Source: Podarcis melisellensis (Eukaryota). From it: a stretch of 64,000 bases of DNA. The stretch is from the NCBI GenBank assembly GCA_964234715.1, contig OZ174282.1; one strand, written 5' to 3'. Position 1 is the stretch's first letter; each line of letters begins with the position of its first letter. The notes under the pieces were generated by a model that was given only the letters and a program-made list of their open reading frames with translations, made no database searches and was not told the DNA's origin. Position numbers and translations under genes: made by a program. Positions 13,005 through 24,577 of this stretch are shown piece by piece.

Positions 13005-13155
13005 TCCAAAGGCCTAGGTGTATAAATATGATTTTGCCAGGTGAGCCTCCGTGAGGACAGCATGTCACAAACGGGGAACCACTACTGGGAAGGTCTGTTC
13101 TTGTGTTGTCACCCTCTGCAGCTCCTTTGGAGGGAGCACACACAGAAAGAGCCCA
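13005..13155 (-). mobile_element. L2 LINE 3' fragment, old
   Basis: CACAAACGGGGAACCACTACTGGGAAGGTC resembles the reverse L2 'AFSVVAPxLWN' region. Confidence 0.55.
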
Positions 13156-14871
13156 GGTGACAAATGCAGTACAGTATTCTGATGCTTTTGATCACAAACT
13201 TGTGCCAGTGCAATGGATGCTTCCTTGGTTCTGCTTGCTGTGGATGAGATGGTGACTAAAGTTGCCAATGTGAACTCCACCTTCCCACTTTGTGTGGGTC
13301 ACACTCCTCCTCCATTCACATCTGACTTGTGTAATGACCTTTCTATATATATAAATACCCTTTTTTATTGCATTTACAAAAACGTTATCTTACACCACTT
13401 TTCCCCTGTAGATAACAATAATGAAACAAAGAAAATCCAACCCCAAAACCTGCGAAGATGCTCATACATTATAGGTAAGTACAATTCTATTAATCCAATT
13501 TAAGCAGACAAATTCATCAGGAAGTCCATATTTCTTTTCTAGATGCGGGTAAGCAGTCATGCAAATTGTTAGCTGATGCATATGATATAAAGTCCCACCA
13601 AGTCACCAAAACGTTTTCCTCAGGTTTTTTGCCTTTGAGTATACAAAGTCTGTAAGTTAAGTTTTCGGTGACTTCTGTAACAACTTTGATGGATATTGTA
13701 AATTAGCGCATACGGCAACTAGTATATTTGGAATTTAACTCCATTGATGCAAAATCACAAGGTACAACATCACAGACACTGGCACAAGAGTCCTTGAACT
13801 GTGGAACTACCCACATAGCCTTGCATTTCAAATGCCACTATCAGGCTGTGAAGGAAAGATTCCGGGCTGCAATCTCACACTCTATAGAGGGCTGTTCAAA
13901 GGAGGACATAAGAAATCACAAAAGCTAAACTTGGATGGAGAAAAGTCATTACCACCCAAACCGCATGTGGCAGGAGGGACGCAACAGAGCAAGAGGGCTC
14001 TGAAATTGTTCCTGTCACTCATCGCTTAAAGCTTTGCTCCAGAGCACCAATTTAACACCAGTTTTAGCAGACGGAGGTCAATAGGGTAGAAACTCTGGGC
14101 GATCTTTGACCTCTCGGGAAGCGTGCCGTCTTTTTTCTCAGAGGACAACAGGCTTGTAGGTTGTTTAAATAAAACACAGGGGAGTTGGGGGCCGGGGGGT
14201 GGGGAGAGAAGGTAATTCTTGAAACCTTTTGGAGTCAGCATGCTAGAAATCCTAAAGGGGAATATCTTTCGTTCACACTCAATAGTTAAATACATGGCCG
14301 TGTCAAACCCTGCATGAAGATAGTGTTGCTTTGTGCTGCACAGTTTCCAGTTCAGCTAGACACATAGATGGCATTATGTTTAGCTGGCCCAGATCTTGGG
14401 GCATAATATTTTTTTAAGCACTGGACTAAATATTTTTAACATATGCAAACATGCATGACTGAACCAGTTCCAGAATTCAGGGCGCAGTGACGCTGGCGGG
14501 TGTTCAGGACGGAACAATGTCAGCTTTCTCCTTCTGACGCAGCGCAAGGAGACGCTAAACTCTGGCACTTTCAAGTAAACGGGCAGGCGGGGGGGAAGGC
14601 AAATTGCAGGCAGGTTTTTCAGACTGACTTTGTAACAAAATGCATTGCGGAGGCGAAAGAGACAACAGTCTACCAAGATGCTGCGGAGTGGGATGGAAAG
14701 ATGGCACATGCCAGGCACATTTTTACCAAGAGGAAGTGTGCCAGAGTCTAAAGTTTAGACTCTAAACAAACTGAAAGGTGCCAGTTTGAGGAAATGGAAC
14801 AGAAAATCCTTTGGCACATCAGATGCCAGAGACAAACAAGGATAGGTGCCCACACCCAGCCATGCAGAGCC

Positions 14872-15047
14872 GGGAGAGGCCATACAGAGCTCAGTGGCAG
14901 AGCAACAGGTCCAATCTCTGGCAGCATCTCCAGTTAAGCAGGTGATGGGAAGTGCTTCCTTCTGAAACCTGGGGGAACTGCTGTCAGTCAGAGTAGACAA
15001 TACTGGGTTAGATGGACTAAAAGTTTGAACTGTCCAGTATAAGAGCA
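14872..15047 (+). mobile_element. Squam2-type SINE
   Basis: AGCTCAGTGGCAGAGCA head; TGTCAGTCAGAGTAGACAATACTGGGTTAGATGGAC body. Confidence 0.75.
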
Positions 15048-15095
15048 GAGAGACTGGTGAATTAGGGAGATGTGATGATGAAGGGTTTGAAGATG

Positions 15096-15249
15096 AGGAA
15101 GGGCTATAGCTCAGTGGCAGAGCATCTGTTTTACATTCAACCCCTGGTGTTTCCATGCAGGTCTGGAAGAGACCCCCAGTCTAAGACCCTTGAGAGCAAC
15201 TGCCAATCAGACAGTACTGGGCTAGATGAATCAAAGGTCTGACTCAGTA
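15096..15249 (+). mobile_element. Squam2-type SINE
   Basis: GGGCTATAGCTCAGTGGCAGAGCATCTG head; CTGGGCTAGATG...GGTCTGACTCAGTA tail. Confidence 0.78.
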
Positions 15250-15427
15250 GCGGGGTTCACACATCACAGCCAATGAGTGTACAGTGTGTGCCCACAATAG
15301 CTGAGCTGCACAAATCAACAAACTTACACACTCTTGAGGTAACCGCCATAAGTGGCACGATTCACAGGGAAAGCAGATCCCAATGTAGATCTCTATTCCC
15401 CACCCAACCCAGCCTTGTTCCTCCTTT

Positions 15428-15570
15428 GTATAGCCTTTTCCATGAATTTGTCTAACCCCTTTTAAAGCCATCCCAGTTGGTGGCCATCACTACCTCTTCT
15501 GTGAGCCAATTCCATAGCTTATGCGCTGTGTGAAAAAGTACTTCCTTTTTTCTTTCCTGAATTTCCCAGG
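15428..15570 (-). mobile_element. CR1 LINE ORF2-end fragment
   Basis: CCATGAATTTGTCTAACCCCTTTTAAAGCCATCC...TGGCCATCACTACCTC. Confidence 0.8.
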
Positions 15571-15913
15571 TTTCAGATGGGCATCTCAGAAGATCTAAAG
15601 ACAGTCCTTAATCTACTCACCCTTCCACCACTGGCAAAATAAAACCTCCATGTTCAGACACAGTTATACCTACACCCTGGATCCAGCCATGGAGAATCCC
15701 CTCCTCTTAAGCAACTTAATGTGACAAAGCTTCCACCTTCCAGGCAATATATTTGTATTTCAACAACCAACTCACTAATTTAAATTGTTGGGGGACAAAA
15801 AAATGACACTATTCATATGTATAAATAGAGTTATGGACCGTCCCAAACCTGTCGCTCCTCGGTGGAAGTATAAGAATTGCCTATTTTCAGAGACAAAGAC
15901 CCAGAAAAATACG

Positions 15914-16446
15914 TAAGAACACAAGAAGAGCATGCTGGATCAGGCCCATGACCCATTTAGTCCAGCATCCTGTTCTCACAGTGGCCAGCCAGACGCCTCT
16001 GGGAAACCTACAAACAGGATTTCAGCAGCAGAGCCCTCTCCCCGCCTGTGGTTACCAGCAACTGGCATTGTTGCTTCCAATTGTGGAGGCAGAGCATAGC
16101 CATCATGGCTAGTGACCATTGATACCCCTCTCCTCCATGTATTTGTCTAACCCTTTTAAAAAGCCGCCTAAGTTGGTAGCCATCACTGCCTCCTGTGGGG
16201 GACAAGTTCCAGCGTTTAACTATGCGCTGCATGCAGGAAGAAGCCTTTTATCTGGCCTGAGTCTTTCAACATTCAGCTTCGTCAGAAGTCCCTGAGCTCT
16301 AGTGTTATGAGAGAGGGAGAAAAGCATTCTCTATCCACTTTCTTCATGCCATGCATAATTATATAACCTTCCATAATGCCACTTCTTACTTGCTTTTTCT
16401 CTAAACCCCAAAGTCCCAAACGTTGCAAACTTTCTTCACAGGGGAG
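15914..16446 (-). mobile_element. CR1 LINE 3' end (~530 bp, 5'-truncated)
   Basis: TAAGAACAC tail, 3' UTR and ORF2 C-terminal region collinear with other CR1 copies. Confidence 0.88.
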
Positions 16447-18204
16447 ATTTCAGCAATGGAATCTAAAGGATGACATAACACGCAGGCCAGCAGACTGTCA
16501 CTTGCCGAAGGCCGAGGTGCCCAGAAGGACATGTTTACTGCGTACAGCTATGCCAGGAATGTCACGTTTGACATCGCACCTCCTGCCAATACTTTGTCTG
16601 GTGCAACAGGAGAAGGCACTCCTTGGCATCGCTGCTCTATCACATGTGGCCGAGTCCGATGCCACTGAAGTGATGCATTACAGATGGATATCAACGTGGC
16701 TTCAGGTGTTGGGTTGCATCAGGGTCGCCCATCAAAGACTCAGCAAATAACTGCCATGGGCTTGATAACAGCCAAGACAATCAAGCATTTATTGAGGGTG
16801 TTTGCTTCCCCTCTCCCCCAGGGTGGGTGGGGGGCTCCAATTCCAGCCACTCTGGTTTGGAAACTGTGCTAAGAAGGCTTACATGTAAAAAGCAAAAGGG
16901 AAGGTGAGGGGCTGAGGTTTGTTTGACTTTACCATAACAAGGGACCCCGATGAGTTGTCTGCATAAGGAACCAGGAGGAAGGAGTTCATAAAACTGAGAG
17001 GAAGCAAGAAAGCAACATTGGGAAGGGCATTGCCAGGATGCAAGCCGCCTCACTCCGAATCAAGGATGAAGTCAGCCAGAAGCAGGGACTGGATTTCCAG
17101 CTGGATTTCTGGGTGAGGGAGCAAGTGTAGTGAGTAGGGCAGGTTCTCTGGCTGGAGAACATCAGCAAGAAGCAGATGGTGTTGTACAGTTATGGCCAGT
17201 GTGGTGAAGTGCCTGCTTGAGGACCTCAAGGCGATTGCAGTACACTCCGCCATTAAGCTATTGCCATCCTGGGAAGTGGGCAGAGATGTTGCCCTCAGTC
17301 TTTGCCATCTCTTCTGATTACAATTTCTAACCCTCTCATCTTCCTGTAGCACATTTGTGCTCAGCCCCATTTCTGTGTCCTTCCCCACACCATAAAAAAA
17401 AATATTAATCAATTGAGTCAGAATGGCATGTTTAGTCCTGCTACTTTGCTGAGCCACAATTTTACTGTCTGGTCTCAAGGTTGTTGTGACTATTTCCTTG
17501 AGGGGGAGAGAAGTAAAAGTCAAGCATCATATAACTCCCTTCTTTTTTTTCCTTTCTAGCCAGGAGAATCACTGTGACTCAAAAGAAAAAGAAAAGTCAA
17601 CCCTAATGACTGGTCTTTGCCAGCTTGCAAACAAACAAACAAACTTAATTTACCCCTTCCCACTTCCAAGACTTTCAAGTGAAGGAATGCTCTAAAATCC
17701 ATCACATCCAAGGATCTTTGGACCATGTGCATGGGCCTGTGGCCTGCAGTTTAGAACAGTGTGGGAGTTTCTTTATATGTGTGCAAAGTGACATTTATGG
17801 CACTGCTAGGACTATTGTAGAGTCACTGTTGCATAGCACGATGCCGGAATTTGGGCAAGCCCAGAAGCCTGGGATATTTATGCATTTGTCTGAAAGATCC
17901 CTCTACTGACTTTCAGCAATTGCTTTCCAAGGCAACCTGTGGTACAAACACAAAAATTCAACAATCAACATTCAGCGACAAAATAAACAAAGCACAACAG
18001 CAATAAAAGCATAGAAATTGGAAGGAGATAATCTGCCATCCATTAAAAGCTCAGATAAAGGAAGCCTGCATCATTTCCTTCCAAAACAATTAGTGGTGAA
18101 CTGTCACTGGGGAGGGGATTTCCAAACCCAGGTACTACTGCCACTGAATAAGTCCTCTTTCTGGTCCCCAACAGACTCACCACTGAAGGTGGTGGTTGGA
18201 GCAG

Positions 18205-18470
18205 ACTATTGGCCATGCTGGCTGTGGCAGATGAGAGCTGTAGTCCAACAACATAGGAACATTCAAAGCTGCCTTATACCAACTCAGACCAAGAGTCCAT
18301 CTTGCTCAGTATAATCTACACTGACTGGCAGTGGTTTTCCAGGGTTTCAGACAAAGGGTCTCTCCCAGCCCTACCTGGGGATCGAACACAGGACCTTCTG
18401 CATGCAAAGCAGATGCTCTACCATGGAGCTACGGCCCCTCCCTATTTGGAGGGCACCACATTCCCTAAAT
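18205..18470. mobile_element. Short hAT MITE (URR1-like family), right part, interrupted by a SINE
   Basis: TTGGCCATGCTGGCT...GCTGTAGTCCAACAAC [SINE] TTTGGAGGGCACCAC rejoins to the family seen at 54022 and 59609. Confidence 0.65.
18251..18442 (-). mobile_element. Squam2-type SINE, near full length
   Basis: Reverse: GGGAGGGGCCGTAGCTCCATGGTAGAGCATCTGCTTTGCATGCAGAAGGTCC...GTATAAGGCAGCT...ATGTTCCTATGT. Confidence 0.88.
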
Positions 18471-19678
18471 CTGGACTAGCAAAAGGAACAAGAGGTCAAG
18501 ATGATTTCCTTCTCTCTTTAGCAGTGTTGCCAGGGCTCAAGTATGTAGCACTAATGCCATAGAGTCATATCCCAGGTCAACCTTGACCCCAAATATATGT
18601 TTCATAATGACAAGGCTCTTCAGAACCTAAGAGTTAAACCAATTTTTGCTTTGAAGTTACAGCTGTCTGAAAAGAGACGAGCAAACAAAACAGAACCCTG
18701 TAATTTTTTTTGCTACTCTAAAAATTGTAGCTTTGGGCCCAAAGCACAAGTGCATGTGTATATGTGTATGTATGTGTATACCGATTATAAATAAACCAGG
18801 AACTCAGTGCTCACAGAACTGGAAGTTCCAGCTGGAAAGAGGCACAGGGGTGGGGGCATGGATTGTTTGCATGGGTGGATCACTATCTTCCCACAGTCCT
18901 TCTTTTGGAGGTTCTAAATTGTTGGGTTGGGTTTCTCTCCCCCACTCCCCTCAAATCAAAATGTTATTTGAGTTCACAAAAGACCCCATCATTACTGTTT
19001 GATGCCTATCGTAACATATAACAGAGACAATAATTTATATTCAAATAAAATGAATTGCCATTGCAAAGAAAAAAAGGAATTAGCATACAGCTTCATAATT
19101 GGAATGTTTAGTAAATGATGCATTTTGTTAGCACATAACTGCTAAATAGCAACTGCCAGAGAGAGATGTAGATAATGAGGTTTGAGAAATGTGTGTGTGT
19201 GTGTGTGTGTGTGAGTTAAAGTTGAAAAATTGACATGGCTGATCATGGGATGAAAATGAAAAAAAAAAAAGTTGTTCTATAGGAGTGTGCCATAACAACC
19301 TAAACTGGTGCACAGAACTAAGGGTCATTAATGAAGGGAAGCCCATAAGAGCCCGAGTATGGCTGATGAATTGGGCCCAAGAGGGCTTGTCCAGCCCAGC
19401 ATTCTGCTCTCACAGTGGCCAAGCAGCTGCCGAGGAGAAGCTCAATATGGGGGGGGGGGTGTAGCACACATCTCTGGAGTCGGTAATAAAAACATAAAAA
19501 AGAAAGACAATGCTACCGAAATACACCACCACAGGAGGAACGGAACGGAGCGCTAAACTCACCCCATAAACCTGTCTTTTCTTCAAACACCCAAAGGCCA
19601 CATTAGCTCAAGAGAGGCCTCCTCCTCCTCTGATCTTTTCTTCCTTGATCTCTGCAGAGCAACTGCCTCTTTCAATTA

Positions 19679-19890
19679 CAGTGGTACCTTGGGTTAAATA
19701 CTTAATTCGTTCCGGAGGTCCGTACTTAACCTGAAACTGTTCTTAACCTGAAGCACCACTTTAGCTAATGGGGCCTCCTGCTGCCGCCGCACCGCCGGAG
19801 CACGATTTCTGTTCTCATCCTGAAGCAAAGCACTATTTCTGGGTTAGCGGAGTCTGTAACCTGAAGCATATGTAACCCGAGGTACCACTG
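19679..19890 (+). mobile_element. Tigger/pogo-like Tc1/mariner MITE (family A), complete
   Basis: TIRs CAGTGGTACCTTGGGTTA / TAACCCGAGGTACCACTG; TA TSD; five more copies in window. Confidence 0.92.
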
Positions 19891-20356
19891 TATTCCTTTC
19901 AGCTGCTGAAGACCGATTCTTCAGTGCACTGGCATCTATCAGGTACTATTATTATTGTTTATTATTTTTGCATTGCATTTATATTCCACCTTTCTGCCCA
20001 AGGTAGTTTACCACTATATGCCACCCAAGGTAGTTTACAATTTTAAAGGATTAAAACGTTCCAGTCTACGTTAGCTGGGGTTGGGTTGGGGAGGCTGGGG
20101 AGGCCATCTGACTGGAGCAGGCCCTGACATTCTCTGGCCTGCCTGCTTTGCACTCTTCTTCCTCTTGACAGCACGAGGAGGGCTCTGCTCCCAGGACGCT
20201 TTGGCTAGAGACCACTGCCGGTTCTAAATTAACAAATTCTGTCATTTCTACAGCATGGCTAAACTGAAGCGAATTGAACCCTGTGAAATGGGTCACATTT
20301 TGCAAATGGAGAAGTGGTGCAACCAAGCAGGAGGTGTCAGAAAAGTGACCACAGGG

Positions 20357-21026
20357 CATGGGCACAGCCAGGATTTATGTTAGGGGGCAGGCTTTATGTT
20401 GGGGGGGGCAGAACCAAGCTATCTGTGATGCGATTGGTCAGCAAGTTAAGTATTTTTATTTATTTACTTGATTTAGGGGGGCAGCTGTCCCCCCTGCTCC
20501 CCCTTGGCCAGGAGTCAGCAACCCGCAGCTCCGGAGCCGCATGTGGCTCTTTTAAACCTTTGCTGCGGCTCCGGGGCGGATACTAGCGAGGGGAGGAAGC
20601 GCATTGTGCGCCCCGACACTCCCCACTGTGGCGGGCGCTGTACTGACTGTGACGTCGCATGGGGCGGTGCGTACGATAGTCACGCAACGTCCCGACGTCA
20701 CCTTCCCACCCACCCGCCCGCTACATTATAAGGGGCATGTATGCTGGTCACTGCATTGAAAGGGAGCATGTACGCTGGTCACTGTTTTGAAGGGGAGTGA
20801 AGAACACACACACACAAAAAGGTAACTTGTTAGTTTAACGTTTATTTCTATGAGGAGGAGTAATTCTGAGGGGTCAAACAAAGAAATAATTTTTAAAAAA
20901 GTGACAAAAAAGTTATTTTTATAATGATGAGTTTTGCGGCTCCCAGTTTTTTTCCCTTTGGAAATGGGTCCAAGTGGCTCTTTTTGTCTTAAAGGTTGCA
21001 GACCCCTGCCCTTGGCTATGCCCATG
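20357..21026. mobile_element. hAT MITE (outer), interrupted in its right TIR by a second hAT
   Basis: TIRs CATGGGCACAGCCA / TGGC|TATGCCCATG; perfect 8-bp TSD CCACAGGG (20349-20356, 21027-21034). Confidence 0.88.
20509..21008. mobile_element. Non-autonomous hAT element (inner, 500 bp, CpG-rich)
   Basis: TIRs CAGGAGTCAGCAACC / GGTTGCAGACCCCTG; perfect 8-bp TSD CCCTTGGC (20501-20508, 21009-21016); subterminal GCGGCTC/GTGGCTC repeats. Confidence 0.92.
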
Positions 21027-21055
21027 CCACAGGGGTAGCTGGCTTGTGGGGACCA

Positions 21056-22180
21056 AATAATAATAATAATAATTTTATTATTTATGCCCTGCCCATCTGG
21101 CTGGGTTTCCCCAGCCACTCTGGGCAGCTTACAGAATATATAAAACATAATAAAACATCAAACATTAAGAACTGCCTGATTCAGGGCTGCATTCAGATGT
21201 CTTCTAAAAGTTGTACAGTGTTAAGAACTTAATTCATTCTGGAGGTCCGTTCTTAACCAGAAACTGTTCTTAAGCTGAGGTACCACTTTAGCTAATGGGG
21301 CCTCCCACTGCCGCTGCGCTGCCGCTGAGCGATTTCTGCTCTTATCCTGAAGCAAAGTTCTTAACCCGAGGTACTATTTCTGGGTTAGCAGAGTCTGTAA
21401 CCAGAAGCGTCTGTAACCTGAAGCATCTGTAACCCGAGGTACCACTGTATAGTTCTTTATCTCCTTGACATCTGAATGGAAGGTGTTTCACAGGGAGGGT
21501 GCCACTACTGAGAAGGTCCTCTGCCTGGTTCCCTGTAACCTCGCTTCTCGCAGTGAGGCAACCAGCAGAAGACACTTGGAGGGGGACCTCAGTGTCTGAG
21601 CTAAGCGATGGGAGTGGAAACGCTCCTTCAGGTATACTGGGCCGAGGCCGTTTAGGGCTTTAAAGGTTAGCACCAACACTTTGAATTGTGCTCAGAAATG
21701 CACTGGGAGCCAATGAAGATCCTTTAGAACTGGTGTTATATGGTTCCGGCAGTGATTCCCGGTCACCCATCTAGCTGCCGCATTCTGGATTAGTTGTAGT
21801 TTCTGAGTCACCTTCAAAGGTAGCCCCACATAGAGCACACTGCAGTAGTCCAAGCGGGAGATAACAAGAGCATGTACCAGTCTGGTGAGACGGTCTGCGG
21901 GCAGGTAGAGGTCTCAGCCAGTGTACCAGGTGGAGCTGGAAGATAGCTGCCCTGGACACAGAACTGACCTGTGCCTCCATGGACAGCTGTGAGCCCAGAA
22001 TGACTCCCAGGCTGCACACCTGGCCCTTCAGGGGCACAGTTACCCCATTCAGAACCAGGGAGTCCTCCACACCTGCCCAACTCCTGTCCCACCCAAAAAG
22101 TACTTCTGTCTTGTCAGAATTCAACCCCAATCTGTTAACTGCCATCCATCCTCCAATTGCCTCCAGACACCAAGCATTCA
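21056..22180 (-). mobile_element. L2 LINE 3' end (~0.9 kb, ORF2 C-terminus + 3' UTR, frameshifted), interrupted by a MITE
   Basis: ORF pieces CLEAIGGWMAVNRLGLNSDKTEVL, VCSLGVILGSQLSMEAQV, LTFKALNGLGPVYL, FSVVAPSL are typical L2 ORF2; (TTA)n tail. Confidence 0.92.
21216..21447 (+). mobile_element. Family A MITE inserted in L2
   Basis: TA-CAGTG...GAGGTACCACTG-TA; left TIR has a small deletion; L2 sequence rejoins across it. Confidence 0.9.
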
Positions 22181-24577
22181 TAGCGATGTCACTTTTTTTG
22201 ATCCTTCAGTCTCTACTCTTTCTATCATTAGCATGGATCCAAGTGAGTAGGAGGAGGACTTGAACCCAAAGCTTTCAGGATACAGCCTAGCTTGTCCTCC
22301 ACTGGATTACGCTGATTACGGGCTTCAGCAGAGGCACCTTGCCTCTCCATCCCTCGCCTCACTGACTGAGCTGCTTTTCAAAGCTGCACATTCTGTTGTG
22401 CCTAACAGGTGGCGGTGTTGCTCTCCAGAATTTTATTGCTCTGTAAAGGAAAAATAAGCTCTTAGCTATTTAGCTATCTACCTCCAGTAGCACCTCTAGA
22501 CCTTTGCAATCTTCACAGTGTTTTGTTTGGTTGTTTTTATTTTTAAGAGCAGTCTATTCTTCCCCCTGGAATGTTAACCTATTTGCTGTCCCTCCTGGGC
22601 TGATTAAAACAACCAGTTCCAAGATATTCGTCCTTTAGAAAGGTCTCAGTCATCTATCTGTGCTGCAGGGAGAAGTGAGAGATTTTGGAAAAAGTAGGTT
22701 TTTTGTAAAGAAAACTTTCAAGAAATGCAGTGGCTGTTTCACAAGCACAATGATGCGGTTGCAAAAATGAAGCTGGGAGATAGTTGCGCTCTGACCAACC
22801 ATCTGCTGATAGACAGGATTGGACTGCTCTGATCTCTCTCATATTGGGCTAGGCTCAGGGCTAATTAAATCCAAATGTAACGATTTGCTGTAAGCAGCCG
22901 CAGACATTTTGCAATCCACAGCACGGCAGTGTGCAGACTTGTGGTTTGTGCTCACAACATTCAGCCCCATGGCCCATGGGCTGCATAAGAACAGCAAATG
23001 AGAGCCAACAGGATTTGTGCACTCCTTTGAAGAAGTGAAAAAAGCAGGGTAGGCACATCACATAAGATGGTCAGTCATGTTTACGGTTTCACAGCCCTCT
23101 GACACTTCATGCATCTCACAAAAGGGACTTTAATAACGAATAACTCTGTTTGATTGTAAGGCAACCCAAGACTCCACTAGAATTGTGTTCCCAGGCGTTA
23201 TTGAAGGAAACGAATGATACTACAGACGCATCACCAGAAGTGTAGTTGAAAATTCAGAAGTGCAGAGCCCCATCATGATCATCACAGCCACACACCTTCT
23301 AATATGATACAATAATCTTCTAATTATGCAGGAATAATAATTAGTGATACGTTGCAATGATTAATGCAGATCTCCATATGTTGCCGTTCAGTTAGATCTA
23401 ATATTTTCTGTGCACGTATGTGGGCAAACGATTTTGATTCTTCTTCTGGAGTGGATTAATTGTGTTTGCCATGAAGTTTCACGGTATGTAACAGAACTTG
23501 AGCACCCTTCTCTTGGAACTGAAGCACTCTGTGTTTTCTGTGTTCCTAAATGCTTAGCTCTGAAACACAGTTTGGCTAAATGCTCCCCTTTCATGCTGAT
23601 TGGGCAACTCTAGGATACTAGAGACAGGGACCCTGCTTCAGAAATAGAAATAGGTCTTTGACACCCCTCCTCCAATTACTCTGGACCCCAAACACCATTG
23701 CCTATCACCCGCTACAAGCAGATCTGGCTGCGCTCTTTAAAAACTGTCAAAAGAGATGGGAGCGGAACTCTTGGCCACCTCATTTTACACTGAGATAACT
23801 TCCAAATGCCCTAAGATTTTCCAAGACCCCCCCAAAAAAATTCAGACAATTTTTCCCAAAGCCCCAAATTGCCAAAACTGAGCGATGCCAAGGAAGGTTT
23901 GGCGCAGCTCTGCCAGGGACAGAGTTTCTTCCTGGCCTGCCGTTGCAGCGGCTTCTCTTGCAATCGCTTTGTTTAACAGGTCAGGCCCTGCCAGAAGGCG
24001 TCAGAAGGTTTCTGCCAGCGTGCTTTTGGCTGGCAGGATCCGAGCGCGGGTGCACAGGCCAAGTTGAACAGCAGTATGAAGGACCTAGCCAAAGGAGCCT
24101 TGGGTTTCATTGGCACCAAGATGCAACAAAAGACTGAAATAGAAGCTGCGGGGGTGGACGGCCCTTGGGGGTGTGTGGGAAAGCTAAGAGGAGTGAATGC
24201 TATCAATGAAGGAGAGATGAGTTATGGGGCACATATAGTGAGTGCCTAGAAGAGGCAGGCAGGGTGGCCCACCATGGAGCACCTGAAATGGTCTTGGTTT
24301 CTAGTTCAACTCACAGGCCACCCCAAGCCAGAGGCTGACCCAAGCAAGGAAGACAGATTCACCCGTCATGTCGGGATGGTGTAAAAACCTCCAGCAGACC
24401 ATTTGACCACGTCAGAATATGCACAGTAAAAGATCCCATTTCGATGAATCCCTTGTGCAGATAGAGAGGGCATTTATTTGCATGAGAGCAAAGCAGTGGA
24501 AGAAAGTATAGCTGGTTCTAAGCATGGTAAACATAAGGTGCTTTCAGAGGTAAAATATTTGGAGGAATTATTGTATA

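Noticed and set aside
17050-17523. 157-aa ORF and coding-looking plus-strand frame (RIKDEVSQKQGLDFQ...) as a pseudogene
   Set aside because: No recognisable homolog, stops in the plus frame, no convincing splice sites or poly-A/TSD
18370-18442. tRNA-like sequences with A/B boxes (also 15096, 28150, 47280, 59265)
   Set aside because: SINE heads continuing into SINE bodies; no complete cloverleaf, so not tRNA genes
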